A stretch of 63,627 nt of DNA, counting the filler, from Catajapyx aquilonaris (Eukaryota), in assembly GCA_000934665.2 (NCBI GenBank). It is 4 parts of 4 records of this genome, joined end to end, with 100 filler letters (N's around TTAATTAATTAA, not from the genome) between each part and the next. Parts side by side here need not be neighbours in the genome. Positions count along the whole stretch, not along the records: positions 48,768 to 63,627 come from JYFJ02007665.1; 3 more parts are not named here. One strand, written 5' to 3'. Under the pieces are notes generated by a model, which ran no database searches, was not told where the DNA came from, and saw only the letters and a list, made by a program, of their open reading frames with translations. Of this stretch, positions 50,503-63,627 are shown piece by piece; positions within the stretch are counted from its first letter, which is position 1; every line of letters starts with the position of its first letter. The position numbers and the translations under genes were made by a program.

Positions 50503-52975
50503 GTAAGTGGATCTTGGAATCAAGAAGGCTAACAGTGCTGTATACTATAACAATAATATTATAGGCACACTAGGGTTAAACTTAATGATCAAACGAAACT
50601 TGCCAATAATCAGACTCGAAGGAAACTGCAGACTGTTTTTTTCTGTTCATAATATGATACATCCCATGAATATTTTTAGCAAAAAAAAAGCGCTCCCAAA
50701 ATAGTCGGCTCAGTAGATTATTTGCAACGGGTTTCTGACATTGGCAGAATAAACGCATTGGGAAACTCGACTCGTTATTCCTGATCCTAATCCAGCTTCA
50801 ATAATTGACTCTTTTTGTTAGCATTATTGTGCCATTTTTTGTTGTTGTCGAGTGCCACAATTGGTTCGCCTTGAAACAAAGACATGTAACTATTTTTGTC
50901 CCCCTCTTTGAAATTCATATGGCGGACTAACTCGAGTTTAGGGGGTGTGCAATCTGGCCTGACATCTTGCAGATTTTCTGAAAAGACGTTGGCAGGCGGA
51001 CAGGTACTGGCGCACATCTTTAATCTCTTTCATAAAATCGTTGACGTGTCCGCGAATTATTCTCATAGACCCCCACGATAGTACAAAGAGGATTTTTTTG
51101 CAATACCACTCCAGTGACGGTTATCATTACAAGTTTTTGAAGACAAAAAGAATGACCTTTCGGGCATATTATATGACCACGAGCATGCTCGTTTTTATAA
51201 AATAGGTATCTTTTTTTATGAGTGTCTTAGACGGAATTTGGCCTGAAATAGTTATGTCTCTACGTAGGTGTTAAGGAGCAGGAATGACATGTGATGTTAT
51301 ATGGCACACTTGATGACATGGCGGATCATTCTCTACAATAGACGTAATCAATCAGATGTCAAAATATGGCCAGAATATGCTTATGCGAACGTTCCTGGAA
51401 TGAATAACGAATTTTTCACATGCACTTGAAATAATTGCTACTTCTCGGACTCGCAGAAAAGTTGAAGGGCCACAACAACCTGACATAATTATTAGTGAGA
51501 ATATATTTTGATGCACAAATATCTTGACATGCAAAATCTTTTCCCATTATTCACTTCATACGTGAAGTTCCTTTCAAACCGGGCAGTTAATATCAAATTA
51601 CACGGCAGTTCCGAGAAGAAATCAATTTTCGTCGAGTATGATTTGTGGAAAATTCCATGCTGTCAAATGAAACCTTATAATTAGCATCATATAAATAGCG
51701 TAACACAGTAAGCGGGAACGTGTGGCAATAGAAAATCTTAATAAGTACATGTATGTAACACCGTCGCCAAAGGCGTCGGAAACAATTTTATTTTCCTAGA
51801 AAAGCGAGAAAATCCCCGGCATTTACACCTGAGGTAATGATGAAGTGCATCCAGGTAATTTTAATTCAACCTGACGCGTTAATCAGGAGCGGATTTTACG
51901 AGTTGGGTCGCAAGATAATGATCGGAAAAGGGGGTGACGTCTGACGAGCCACAACACACATACCAATGGTAATGTGAAGATGACTCCTGGGGGCGAAAAT
52001 ATTTCATAAAAAAAAACGCCTGGACAAACACCTGACGACCTTGGTAGGGCCAGGTAAAAGTTATTAGTAGGTAAATGAAGGCCACCAATTAGAATAAACC
52101 GAGAGGGAATGAAATGAATGAGAGTCTTCCAAGAGATACACGGGCCACCATCCAGCCCTCTAATTTCACGAGCCATGTTTTCAGGCGGTAAATACAAGTA
52201 GCTGATGAAAAATCTGCGAACCGGTTTAAAGGACTTTCTAGCACGAAGACTTGCCAACAACAGTCTCTTTGCACCTTCCACTTGGCTCGAATAGATTTTC
52301 GCAATTCGGGTCTGGCTTCCGCTCGGCAAAATAATGCGATAATGCGGAGCTTATTACGAAGGATGCCGAAGGGGACGTGTTTGTAGGCTCCACCCCAATC
52401 TTGTTTTGTCAGGCTGAATGGATAAGCGTAATCAAAGGACGAGCCTGCACGCAGCGCATTCAAATGTCGCCTGTTGGGGACCTTCGTGCATGTACATTGC
52501 AGAGGGACTCCTCACATGACAAATGGCCATGTGAATATGTTTAGATTTTGCGAGCCTTTGGCTTGCGACTTGGAATATCTGAGCCACAAGAATTTCTTGA
52601 GATGTACGTATTTGAAATGTATTTTTGCTGACTCGAATTGTTCATATTTCCAGTCAAATGGATTAGGCGATAATGCAATAATTTACACACTAAAATATTC
52701 TTGAGTTGAAATTTCAGCGCCAAATGTATACAAAATATTTAAATTCCGATTGAGTAAATTTGGCATATGAGCACTTTTTACACATAATACTTGAGTAACT
52801 AGGACACGAACATCAGTGAAATTGCAAAGTCGAATCACATTTAGCCAAAACATTTTGAAGTGCAGATAATGACAAGGTGTACTATCACTGATAACATCAT
52901 TATTGCCATCAAAATTGCCAATGCACTTAGGCTGAATTGCGCTATTAATCTTGGTGAAACAACTGGATGTTTCAG

Positions 52976-53116
52976 CTTGTGTGTCTGGTGACGCTGGTGG
53001 CCAGCACTTTGGGAGCCCCGCAGTTCCAATCGCTGCAGCAGCCACCTAATTCGTATGGACCGCCGACTTCACCAACATCACCCTCCATTTATCGTCCTCA
53101 AGACAACTATCTAGAC
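52976..53116 (+). CDS. Cuticular protein gene 1, exon 2
   Basis: tttcag|LVCLVTLVASTLGAPQFQSLQQPPNSYGPP..DNYLD|gtaagg; signal peptide and resilin-like NSYGPP. Confidence 0.9.
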
Positions 53117-53965
53117 GTAAGGAGGAGTCCTGGTTTGTTTGTGTTACCTCACCGATGCAACGGCACGTAATTAGAAAGCAAAGCGGTACAGCCCTAAGTG
53201 CTTTTAGGTGTGCTGTTGATGTAGTGAAAGTCACCCCGCCGGAAACAATAGGATCATTCACAGATGGCTACCCTTTTTTGTAGATCAGTCATATTCAATA
53301 GCCGACAGTGTACTGAAAGTTTTTTATATATAATTTGGCGTTATTACAAAAATGCTTCTGTTCGTTTCACTGTGTGGCTTATCCATCGTCTCCTAATGAA
53401 AGGCCATGTGAATACACATCCGACTAACAGTACAAGAAAGCCCGTTCAGATGTCACACACCTTGCAGAACCATTCAGCATCCTACCTGAATGACAGACAA
53501 ATTCTCCGCACCAGATTGCCTCTATTCTAAAGGGTACAGATTGTTCGTCCCTTTTTTGTACCACCTATCTGTTCTGAACTCGTGACGTGAAAGAACACCT
53601 ACCCCTCCCAATCCATTCACAGTGACTTCCTCATTATTTATGCCCATTTTTTTCTTCAAGCCTGGACTCCTCTTCAGTTGAAGGCTACGTTTCTTTTGCA
53701 TCTGTGCTGTTAATTAATTTCTTCTCTAATAATACTGATTTATAGCCCGCCCATTATTCCACCTGGCCTGCGATACTTATTAGAAGGAACACCCTCAAAA
53801 ATAAGAGACGCTTCTTACAACGACTCAATTTTGAAGTCAGAGCGCGAACATGCCTGCAGCGCCATTTTTTGTATACATATAAACTCAATTTCATAAATTA
53901 TGCAGCTCGGCAGGGAGGGAGTTTTAATAATTAATTCTTAACGCGTGTGTATGTTCACCTTTCAG

Positions 53966-54382
53966 AAACAGACACCGGCCCATTACGACTTTTCGTACGA
54001 GATACGGGATGATTACAGTGGCAATAACTTTGGCCACAGCGAAAATCGAGAGAATGACATCACTTCAGGCCGGTTTTTCGTTCTACTACCGGACGGAAGG
54101 ACCCAGATCGTGACCTACACAGTGGATGAGAATGGATATCACCCATCCATCAGCTACGAAGGTGAGGCTCACTATGGTGCAGACCCATCGCAGCGTCCTT
54201 TCCGTCCACAAGCTCCGGTAGCACCATATGGGCCTGGTCCGGCCTCATATGCTAACTTGCCTCAGCAAACGGAGCAGAAGCCGGTCAAGCTTCCGGCGCC
54301 CAGAGACTACGACAACTCGCAGCCCACCACATTTAGGCCAGCGTTGCAAACTTATGTGTCGTCTCGACCTCATCAAGCTTAG
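53966..54382 (+). CDS. Cuticular protein gene 1, exon 3 (pro-resilin-like RR-2 chitin-binding domain; ~190 aa total)
   Basis: ctttcag|KQTPAHYDFSYEIRDDYSGNNFGHSENRENDITSGRFFVLLPDGRTQIVTYTVDENGYHPSISYEGEA..*; Rebers-Riddiford consensus. Confidence 0.95.
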   Translation, partial: KQTPAHYDFSYEIRDDYSGNNFGHSENRENDITSGRFFVLLPDGRTQIVTYTVDENGYHPSISYEGEAHYGADPSQRPFRPQAPVAPYGPGPASYANLPQQTEQKPVKLPAPRDYDNSQPTTFRPALQTYVSSRPHQA

Positions 54383-54796
54383 TATAATCGTGGGATCATT
54401 CTTTCTAGCTGGAGCAGCGGATCTACGACCATGTTTTAAGTAAGGGTGGGCCTATCCGATAGATAGTCCTGCAGTACGGCTGTTTCAGGGTCGAAGAACC
54501 GTTGGGCCAGCTATAAAAATAATGAGAGCTGTTTTCCTGTTACGTCACGGGCAGCAAGGGGACGTGGAAATAGCTTGTATTTGACAAGTGCTTTTACGAT
54601 GCTTTTAACTATAGTGACATCGCGGAATATTCCGTCGCCTCTCTAAAAGGCGACGGATCTTCGATTGCGGCGGCATAAGCTTACAATAGTGTTGGTTTGA
54701 CAGAAATGTTAAAAGGCATAAGTAGACTACGTCCCATATGCAGTCTGCGATTTTATAGCAACCATTTGCCGTATAATTTTGTAGAATAATTATGGA

Positions 54797-54802
54797 AATA
54801 AA
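54797..54802 (+). terminator. Polyadenylation signal AATAAA of gene 1
   Basis: AATAAA ~415 nt after the stop codon. Confidence 0.5.
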
Positions 54803-57800
54803 TTAAACTGCATATTATCACTGGTTTCACAGCTTTGATATTAATTATGTTATTTCACTTTCAGTTTCACCAACGGAATATTCCAAATACTCGTTACCTA
54901 TAAAGTAACAAAAGTATGCAAAATCAAGTCGTGTGTTGTAAGTTAACACTTAACAACTTCACTATCATAATACTGAAGATGATTATCATGCCAGAGTAAT
55001 ACTCCCATTAATGACGAATTTAAAAAAATCGTAACAAAATATATGCTGTGTAGGCAAGCATAGGCTTGGTCTAGGCCATACGCTAGACCGTGACATACCG
55101 GTATACAGTACTTGCCATGCAAGACTCATATTCTTCCTACAAGATGTGCGTATCCATCCTAATTTATTAAAGCAGAAAATAATAGTTTATAGGTCATGCT
55201 TCTACATTTTATTACATGACATATGATGTATCTAACTGCAATATTGTGCAATTAAATTCTAGCCTTAAGTTTTTTGACATATTTTATGTGCATCATAATT
55301 AATCAAGTGGTATAGATACGTGCAAAAATGCAAAGTTCTTCCGCTGCATGGATGAACTCTTATTACAAATAAATGCAGTGGCTTTCTTCGGAGATGCTTT
55401 GCTGCACGATTATAGTCATTGTTGTAGAGAAAAGGGGTCGCGTATAATGACTTATTTCATGCACAAGTAGTAGTGTCCTAAAAGTCGTGAAATAATTAAG
55501 GTCTTGGAAAGCGTTTGGTGCTGTGAGTAATGATTACTGCTGTCAAGTAATGCGCATATATTTTATTTTAAAATAGAATAAATTGTCATAGTGAAATCAT
55601 TGTTGTTCACCCTGTGGTCATGTTGTCTGCCAGGTATTTTTCATATCGGTCAAGAGCAAAAAGGGTTTCTATTTTAATGTTGACAATGGAGGGGGCCATT
55701 ATTAACATTAAAATAAGAAAATGCCATCAATTGTCGCTAATTTGACGAACAGTTCCTAATATCATCAGTGCCAAAGAGCCACAATTGGCGTATCCTGTTT
55801 GGTCAGCTGCATGCTCCAATTAAAAACATTATTTTTTCTCCTTCCCCATGATTACCGCTTGCCTCTGCCAATGCCGTGTATACCATCATGTATTTTGCAT
55901 ATGAGGGAGGTCCAGCACGTACATGAGAGGAATCCCAGATGCGTCCAGCAAAACCTGACCACAGCGAGGATTATCATCGTCAATGAAGTGTCCTTGTGCA
56001 GAAGAAGGTGAGGGCGAAGCTCTGCTGTCAATTCTCTTATTGATGCTATCTGCAGGGTTGCTCCTACCCCTACGCATACAGAGGAGGGGGTTCATAAGCC
56101 AAGCCTCTTTTCATGCTGAGAGTATTGCCAATTTCAAGCCTGCTGGTACATCCCCGCCAAATCAAAAATGGAACAAAACAAAGGAGGGACAGGTCACAAC
56201 CCCGTAGGCACTGGTCAACTCGGCCAACTCCCTGTTGTTTCAAGCTTTTTCGGAACCTTTGTGCATGTAGTGTGTGGGTATACATGCACAAGGCGTGTCA
56301 ATTTGAAGGCGCACTGGCTTAAGGTTCGTTTAATAACTAGCTTTAAAATATAGCAGTTTCAAAATGTTGCTCGGAGGCCTTTTGCTGCACAGGGAGGAAT
56401 TATTTTTGGTAATTTCACCCTGATTTATGGCTAAGGCATCCGGCTGATGATGGAGGGTAAGGTAAGGGTATGAAAAGCAAGCTTCGACCAAAGATGCACG
56501 TAAAGGCTCATCGTTTTTTGTTAGAGAAGCCTAACCCAACAGGTAGTCAAAAAAGCTGCCTTTTGTATGTAGTTACAAAAGGCCTCATGGAGTGGATTAC
56601 AACTGAGCATGTTACAAATGCGGCGATTATTCAATTTTGTTTTACAGACTTTTTTTAAAACCATTTTTGAAATTTTACACTTTGCATCCAAAATTTGGAT
56701 TCGCACCAACCAGTCAGCTGATATTAGGCCACAGTTAGCGTTTCTTATGGCGAAATCCCCCCCCCNCCCCCCCCCCCAAGCTTTCCCTTTTCAAAACCTA
56801 TCGAATGTAAAATACGGCCGACCTACTCTGCACACAAAACCTCCAATCGCTCTCATATTTGCCACCTAATATGCCGGTGTAACACGATATCTCCTCTGGC
56901 AATCTAAAAACGTACCCTCAAAGTTGCGGAAACTTTGCCATAAATTTTGGTCCCTTTGCTTTATTAATTCGCCATTCTGAGCCAGGGTCCTAATTAAGAC
57001 AATGTAATTTCCAGTCACGCCAAAGGCGTCGCTCGTTTTCTCTGGGTCGACAACACCATACCGCCCTTGGTTTTCGTTGGACAAATATCCAGAAAGATTA
57101 ACAGGTTGGAGGGCGCGTGCGTCACCTTCACTTCCATTTGAGGAATGTTACTATGGCAGAGACCCACTTTACGAAGTTTCCTGTATCACTCAACCGAAAA
57201 TATGTATACTCTCACTTTCAGAACTGTTTATAACGACACACCTTTTTACAGTAAGTTCACTGAATTTATGATGGTGTCCATAAATATGGCCGCCTCCAGC
57301 ATAACTTGTCGAGTGGACTGGGCCTTAATTGCATACACCTCTGTCCAATCAAAGGCTCGTTTGTTAAAAAATATTGCGTGCCTATTTTTTTTCACTCGGT
57401 CAAACTGCGCCTTTTTGGACCTGGCCAGGTGATGAAGACGCTTATCCTTGTGGAAGGTCTTCACGGTCAACGATATTCAAGGATCAATAATTCACTCGAG
57501 GCACCTGTTGCACCTAGATCCAAGCGGTCCTGCGATTAACGACGACAATGGAGGATGCAGTCAAGAGTGACGACTGAGTAGGACATGCGGCAATTGTCAA
57601 ATTGCGAGAATTCGCCGATTCATCATCGGTTTATCTGTGAGTAGGGTGTAAAGGGATTATGGCCATATACAAGTCAACGGAGGGCATACAGCTGGGAGAA
57701 AGCACGTTTATAGGAAGATCAACAGTTGGCTCCTGGATTTTGGGCTTGGAATTATTCCAAATCGTGTGTGATTATGTCTTCAGGAAATAATCTGAACATG

Positions 57801-60637
57801 ATGGGTGTTCACTCAGATGAAATAGTGAATCTATTGTAGTAAATGTGCGGCCAACTTCTTAGGTCTTGAAGTATATCTACAAAATTGGCTGGAAAAAAGC
57901 TCATAAAATTATGCAACTTAACTGGAAACGTTAATTCACGTTTGCATCAAAATTATTCCCAGAATATTAGAATTAATATCAATAAGTTATTTTACGTATG
58001 ACGTGAGTGATATAAATTTTACTTGAAAGGCATGTTATTTTGTTATTTTTTGATACAGAATATAAATGTGTCTTAACGCATAATTAAACGTCTCTACCCA
58101 AGAACAATCAGAAATATGTAGCAAATCAAAACAACTACAATAATTACGGTATTTTGCCGCTGTTCATCTTGACCTAGCCAATATGCACGAGTATGTGATC
58201 CACCCACACAGTCTACCCCTCCTATTTACACCCTATCGTCAATTACGTCACAATATCCAACCTCCACATCCCATAACCTCTAAAGGAAAAAAAAGAGACC
58301 AATTAAGCAGCAAATAGAAAAACGCCTCCACAGCCAAGGGTGCAATGCACCTTGTCTTCGCTTCCATATATGCTTTCTGTATGTGATTTTTCAAGCTCCT
58401 GAGTGTGGTAATTAGTCTCCCGCGTGGTTCTCATACGGCACCGACATCACCTCTCGCTCTGAGAGCACTAAAAAAAAAGGTCGCACAGAATCGACGCTTG
58501 GCCACTCAGCACCCTATTCACGAGCCACTCCTACTTTTCAAACTACCTCAGACGTCTTGTCACGAGATGTACCAATGTTAAGGGTACTGGATGACTGACG
58601 GCTGCTAAAAAGTCAATGCCCTACCACAGTACGTCACGAGAGCAAATTCGTACTCATTTGCATTCCTAGCATGGTTTACACTACGGAATGCTGCTCACGA
58701 AAATAGAACAATTGGTAAAAGGTTACCTGCAGGGTGGTTCTAAAATCATATTCGAACATTTCGAAGTGACATATCTAGAGAGATATTAGGATAGGCCATG
58801 GGTGTTACATAACGCTGGCTGCATCTTCCTCAATGACAGTACATCTGACGGGTAAATTTGTCAATCTTTCAGTTTCTTCACTCTTGTTCAGATACCAACT
58901 ATCAGAGTCATATCTGGCCTCGAACCGGACACACAACCGGCCTCCTAGAGAAATTATAGCGCGATGAAGTTATGCAACTCTTGCTGGAGCTTTCAAGTGC
59001 AGTCTAAATTCGCGACGTGCTTGACCTCAAATTTTTCTTTCACTAGAAGGTCGGATGGGGAAATTTGCTGTCCGATGGGATGGGAAAAAGTGGGCCGAAT
59101 GCCACCACGCATTTGTGGAAATATGTATGGTCAATCGACTCATATGTGCTTTCACATGTCAATTGGATGGTGGAAGAGGCTTTGTTGGTGACTTTGACCC
59201 TGCGTCTAGTCGAGGCTTAGGTGAATGATTTTTGAGAAAAGTGTTCGTAATACCAGTCATTCTTTGGAAGAAAAAAATGGGACAGGAAATTACACACTTT
59301 GATTTCCGAGAGTGTTTCTTAACATGCAAGTTGTTCACGGATGTATCTTAATTGTTTAGCGTGTTAAGACCGTTTGTATCCTGTTGCGAGAGCGAGATTC
59401 TGATATTTATTCCGTTTGCAGATTAGGCAAAATAACATGCGTTTCAACATAAATATCCATGTTACATACATACACTGCCTGTGATTTTTGGAAATTTTGC
59501 TTCAAAATTACTAGGATGGAGGATATGCAGGTAACGCTATGTTAAAATGGATCCGGGTTAGAGCAGAAATGCGGGCTTTCCATTATTGAGGGAGTTACAT
59601 GCCCTTGTCTCTAATTGGCTGGAATTCCCTGGTTCTTCAAAGGGTTTTCACAGCGTAGCATGCAATCGCATTTTGTAGGCAATATGTTGCCTTGTTCCAG
59701 AGAAGTTTTCTCGTTCTTTGCAATGTGTGAAGAGCTAGCAATATTAGATAAATGTAGCCTACATAATTAAAACACTTTTTTCTAACATACTTTCAAGGGC
59801 ATTAAAATTTTAATGGTTACCTTGTCGGGCTTAAGAATTTCTGAAACCTGAAAATTACGCCTGATAAAATATAGTTATACCAGACGTGTATAATTAGGAC
59901 ATTTATTATGTCCAGAGAACTGGAAGTTGAAACCATTTACCAGGCAAGGACCCTAAATTAGGGTCACTGCTTCCAAATATTGTGAGGTCAGGTTTTTGTT
60001 AAAACTGCCTATACACGGTAATCTTAATTTATAGTATTTGTTTAAGTGCAACGCCTGCACGCGGAGAAAATAGTGCATGCCACACTTGCGTGTATATCTT
60101 TCGGCTGCTTTTGACTTACATGAACAAGACGATTTATTTCCCACGCAACTACCAATCAACTAGACATTTGCAATAAATAGCGTCCGTAATAGCCTCGTTT
60201 TTATTAAAACCAACGAGGTGTCCCAGAAGCCAAATCATCCGGACAACTTTAAGATGACAATCAGCCGAAGATGCTAAAAATTGCACGCAACTTTTTTTTT
60301 ACATTGTCTCTCCCCCCCCCCCCCCCCCNCTCTTTACCTCCACTACCTACCCCCTTCCACTACCTACATGTACCCCTCCTTCTTTTACCTGATAGGTTGG
60401 ACAAGCAAGACGGGCGTCTTTTCTGGCTCATTACCCGCATGAAAAAGCTATCGGAGAATGTAGAAGGGCGGGGGACCCAAAGGGGCGGGGGAACCCAGGT
60501 TATGTACGGCGCATAAGCTGGGGGTAAATATCCCACCCCGAAAAGTCACACGCCAATGGCCATTGGCTACTCCCTGTCCTCTTTGGACACTGTGACCGAC
60601 CCCCCCTCAATTGAAGCCTTGTCCCCAGATCCGGATA

Positions 60638-60645
60638 TATATAAA
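60638..60645 (+). promoter_or_regulatory. TATA box of cuticular gene 2
   Basis: TATATAAA 53 nt upstream of gccatcATG. Confidence 0.75.
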
Positions 60646-60690
60646 CACACCCCAACCCGGTGCACTTACGATTCTTACGCACTTGCCATC

Positions 60691-60711
60691 ATGAACACCA
60701 TCTTTGTCCAG
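60691..60711 (+). CDS. Cuticular protein gene 2, exon 1 (MNTIFVQ)
   Basis: gccatcATG..CAG|gtacgt, phase 0. Confidence 0.8.
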
Positions 60712-61269
60712 GTACGTACTTCTCTCCAATTCCATACTATGTATTGAAGTGAAGAAAAAAATATCCTGTTGCAAACAAACAAGTTGGGCTAAACTCGTTT
60801 AGGTTCGATAAAATCACCGCTTGTCCAGTCCTCAAACAGCTCCAAACTGATCCGCAAACAATCTGATTATATCTGAATGTGAAGATGTAACACCTTGCTC
60901 CTGCTTTTGCTAACAAGTCGTTGCGACATGTACCAGCCGCCATTCAATTCGCACAATGGGCCATAAGTGTCCAATAAGTTGCCTGATTTAAAAGACAGCA
61001 GGGGTACAAAATGAAGGTGTTCTGAAGTTAATTGTTAATTAGGCTACTAATGAGCGTCACCTGTATTTGCTGATTGCAATATATGTTTCAATTTGCAATA
61101 TTTTTATGCTAGCCGATAGTTAACCCTGGAGATATTTTTGGTGTATTTTAACGGGATTATTTAAGTTATTTGATAACTACTCGGTTGTTTTCTGTGCCTT
61201 TTTAATCACTTGTTATTGCGATCATACATCTACATGTATTATTTAAAATTATGCATCTTACCTCCCCAG

Positions 61270-61461
61270 CTGAGCCTTTTGTGCGGACTGACCTGCCTGG
61301 TGTCCGGAGGTCACCTGGGCTTCTTCCCATCCAGAAGCCCCTCGTATCCTCAACAGCGTCCTTTGCTCAACTACGGCTCCAGCCCTCTTCCTCAAGGTTC
61401 CTATTACCCGTCTCGACAAAATGTGGGCTTCGTCAAACCACCCGGCCAATCTCAACCTGAT
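61270..61461 (+). CDS. Cuticular protein gene 2, exon 2
   Basis: cctccccag|LSLLCGLTCLVSGGHLGFFPSRSPSYPQQRP..QSQPD|gtgagt; signal peptide plus P/S/Y/Q-rich region. Confidence 0.85.
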
Positions 61462-61897
61462 GTGAGTACCATTTGAGTACCTGTCGGAAGTCATTTGACC
61501 ACAGAAAATGCTTCTCAAGCCTGGCCTTTTTTTGCCAACCAGACTCAAATCTGGCGGACTGGTTTGTCAGCTTTGCAGAATTAGGCATCAAAATGGAGTT
61601 TGACTTCAGGTGCGATTTCCCAATCGATTCTGATTGCGAAATTATGTTGGCGCGTCCGTAAGCGGGTGAAAATACGTGTACCGGATTACAATAACGTGGC
61701 TCGCAGCTTGATTACAGGGGGATGTTGTTGACAACTCAGGTTGGCATGTTGAGTGTTCGGACTTTCTTTTACGTGCGATGAACTACTGAATGAACGCTAG
61801 AGTGTAGTATATGCTAATTGCTGGTATGCTACACGCAATCTGCTTTACTTTCATGTTCTGAATTATAATTTAACACGCTTTTATTGGACTTCTTCAG

Positions 61898-62179
61898 ATT
61901 GGTTATTACCCGGAGCAGCAGCCATACAGTCCTCCTGTTCAACCGTTAGGATTCGGTGCGAGTCAACCTGGACATTCCTTTTCCTACGAAGTCAACGATC
62001 CTGACAGTGGTAACCACTATGGACACCGAGAAGAAGCCACTGGAAATGGGGGTGTCTCCGGGCGATACTTTGTCCGGCTGCCCAATGGTCTCCTGCAGAC
62101 TGTGATTTACACGGCTGATGAGTATGGTTACAGGCCGCAGATCATCTATCAGGGGAAAGTGAACCCGATTGCATATTGA
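61898..62179 (+). CDS. Cuticular protein gene 2, exon 3 (RR-2-like chitin-binding domain; ~164 aa total)
   Basis: cttcttcag|IGYYPEQQPYSPPVQPLGFGASQPGHSFSYEVNDPDSGNHYGHREEATGNGGVSGRYFVRLPNGLLQTVIYTADEYGYRPQIIYQGKVNPIAY*; manual translation, missing from the ORF track. Confidence 0.92.
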   Translation: MGYYPEQQPYSPPVQPLGFGASQPGHSFSYEVNDPDSGNHYGHREEATGNGGVSGRYFVRLPNGLLQTVIYTADEYGYRPQIIYQGKVNPIAY

Positions 62180-62459
62180 GATGCATGCTAAGATGAACTT
62201 TTAGAAAGCTTGCAGAATTTATGCCGTACCGATTGGTCGCGTGGCTAAGTTCAGATATGGGGTGGTGCTGTGTGTTAACAGTTCTTTTCAGAGATGTTTC
62301 GGTAGCAGCTTCCAAATTTTGGGGAACATGTAAGCAATGTCAGTTTTTGGATTAAAATATCAAAACCATGCCAGCTTGTTATTTTGCCTATGATTCCTTT
62401 ACCCATTAAATACTGTGATAATGAGACCCTAAACCGCATTACTATAAGAGAACATTTAC

Positions 62460-62464
<5 letters not shown>

Positions 62465-62527
<63 letters not shown>
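62465..62527. repeat. (TAA)21 microsatellite
   Basis: Perfect trinucleotide run. Confidence 0.95.
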
Positions 62528-62529
<2 letters not shown>

Positions 62530-63050
62530 TGGAATGAAAGAATTGGGTTTAAATATTTTCGATTTCAGCAATTCCGAATGTGTCTCACCATATTTCATCA
62601 TAGCAAACCTACACTGTCACGCCAAATTATATAATTCATCATTGTGACATATTACGGGTCTTTATACAAGCAGCGATGCGATTTCGCTTTTAGTTCTTAT
62701 TTACGAGGGGAACGGAAACGTGTTTTTTACCTACCATTTTTTTCACGGCCGTTAAATGAAAGTGGCATTCTTTTCTCCCTTGTTTGCGGTAGTACGTTTC
62801 CAGAACACGAGAGGCGAGGCGAATGTCAAAAGGAGAGACGCAGGACAGGTCCTCCCCCGTTCTCTTGACCAAATCTGTATCAAATCCGTAAGTCATTCAT
62901 AATGAGGAACCGAGTCAAACCGTGAAATAGTTCCTATTATACGACGAACGACAACAACTGAAACAAGCAAACGTGTAATGCATATTGACACCAAAGACCA
63001 TAAAATGAGAATTATAATGTACGCTATAATCACCACGAAGCTCTCGTCAT

Positions 63051-63088
63051 AATAATAATAATAACAACAACAACAACAACAACAACAA
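63051..63088. repeat. Compound (AAT)n(AAC)n microsatellite
   Basis: aataataataataacaacaac... Confidence 0.9.
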
Positions 63089-63627
63089 TATGACTCTCAG
63101 CCAAAACCATTCTTTCCAAATAACCAGCTCTATATGGCTGCATTAATTAGCAGTGAAACATCGAATAGCACCAATGCTGACATAGAGATAGAAGTTTTTC
63201 AACGTTGGACCAAGGTCAAGAGTGGTCAAGAGCATGATCTCTTAGTGCAATCAAATTCCATATACGATCTAACCCCTCTCTGTGTGCTATTTTTTTGGAG
63301 TTGTTACAGAAGCATACTTCTTTCATTTGTCATCCCACCATACAATTATTGCATAACTTTTCTGGGAACCTACGAAGCAGCATTAATTAAGGCTATTAGA
63401 AAAAAAAGTAACAACATACGAAGAAAACCGTGAGAAAGTGAAACCGCTACTCAATATTAAAATACAGCTAGATGATGGGCGGTGATAAAACAAAGCGGTG
63501 AGAAAAAGATTTCGCAACTTCCGAATATGACACTGACAAGGGAAGTGTCTGTAGGGCCATCGGCCAATCGGCCCGAAAATGACACTAGGGGTAAATCGCA
63601 GGCCAGAAATTCATTGGTGAAAGTAAA

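Noticed and set aside
1..63627. CRISPR arrays, operons, rRNA or other prokaryotic systems
   Set aside because: No regularly spaced repeats or prokaryotic gene structure; the sequence is intron-containing animal DNA.

Overview
Eukaryotic, arthropod-type genomic DNA (chitin-binding cuticle genes, spliceosomal introns, animal transposons). It is four separate contigs joined by artificial 100-nt N44-TTAATTAATTAA-N44 linkers: 1-14834, 14935-33649, 33750-48667 and 48768-63627. Nothing should be inferred across the linkers. Contig 1 is non-coding, with a tRNA-Gly-derived SINE and transposon debris. Contig 2 begins with a ~10.5 kb mosaic of short decayed fragments, every recognisable one on the + strand: ankyrin, C2H2, Tc1-like, ALKBH2, viral F/env-like, RING, Merlin, MULE-SWIM, DUF4806, Harbinger, fibrinogen-like and MADF. 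It continues with a 3.16 kb TIR-bounded element built almost entirely of nested, branching hairpins, and ends in a mariner left end. Contig 3 holds five SH3-to-MyTH4 tail exons of myosin XV, plus two intronic ORFs that end at in-frame splice donors and may be alternative first exons of motorless isoforms. Contig 4 holds two tandem three-exon pro-resilin-like (RR-2) cuticular protein genes. All family calls are by-eye motif recognition; no database searches were run.
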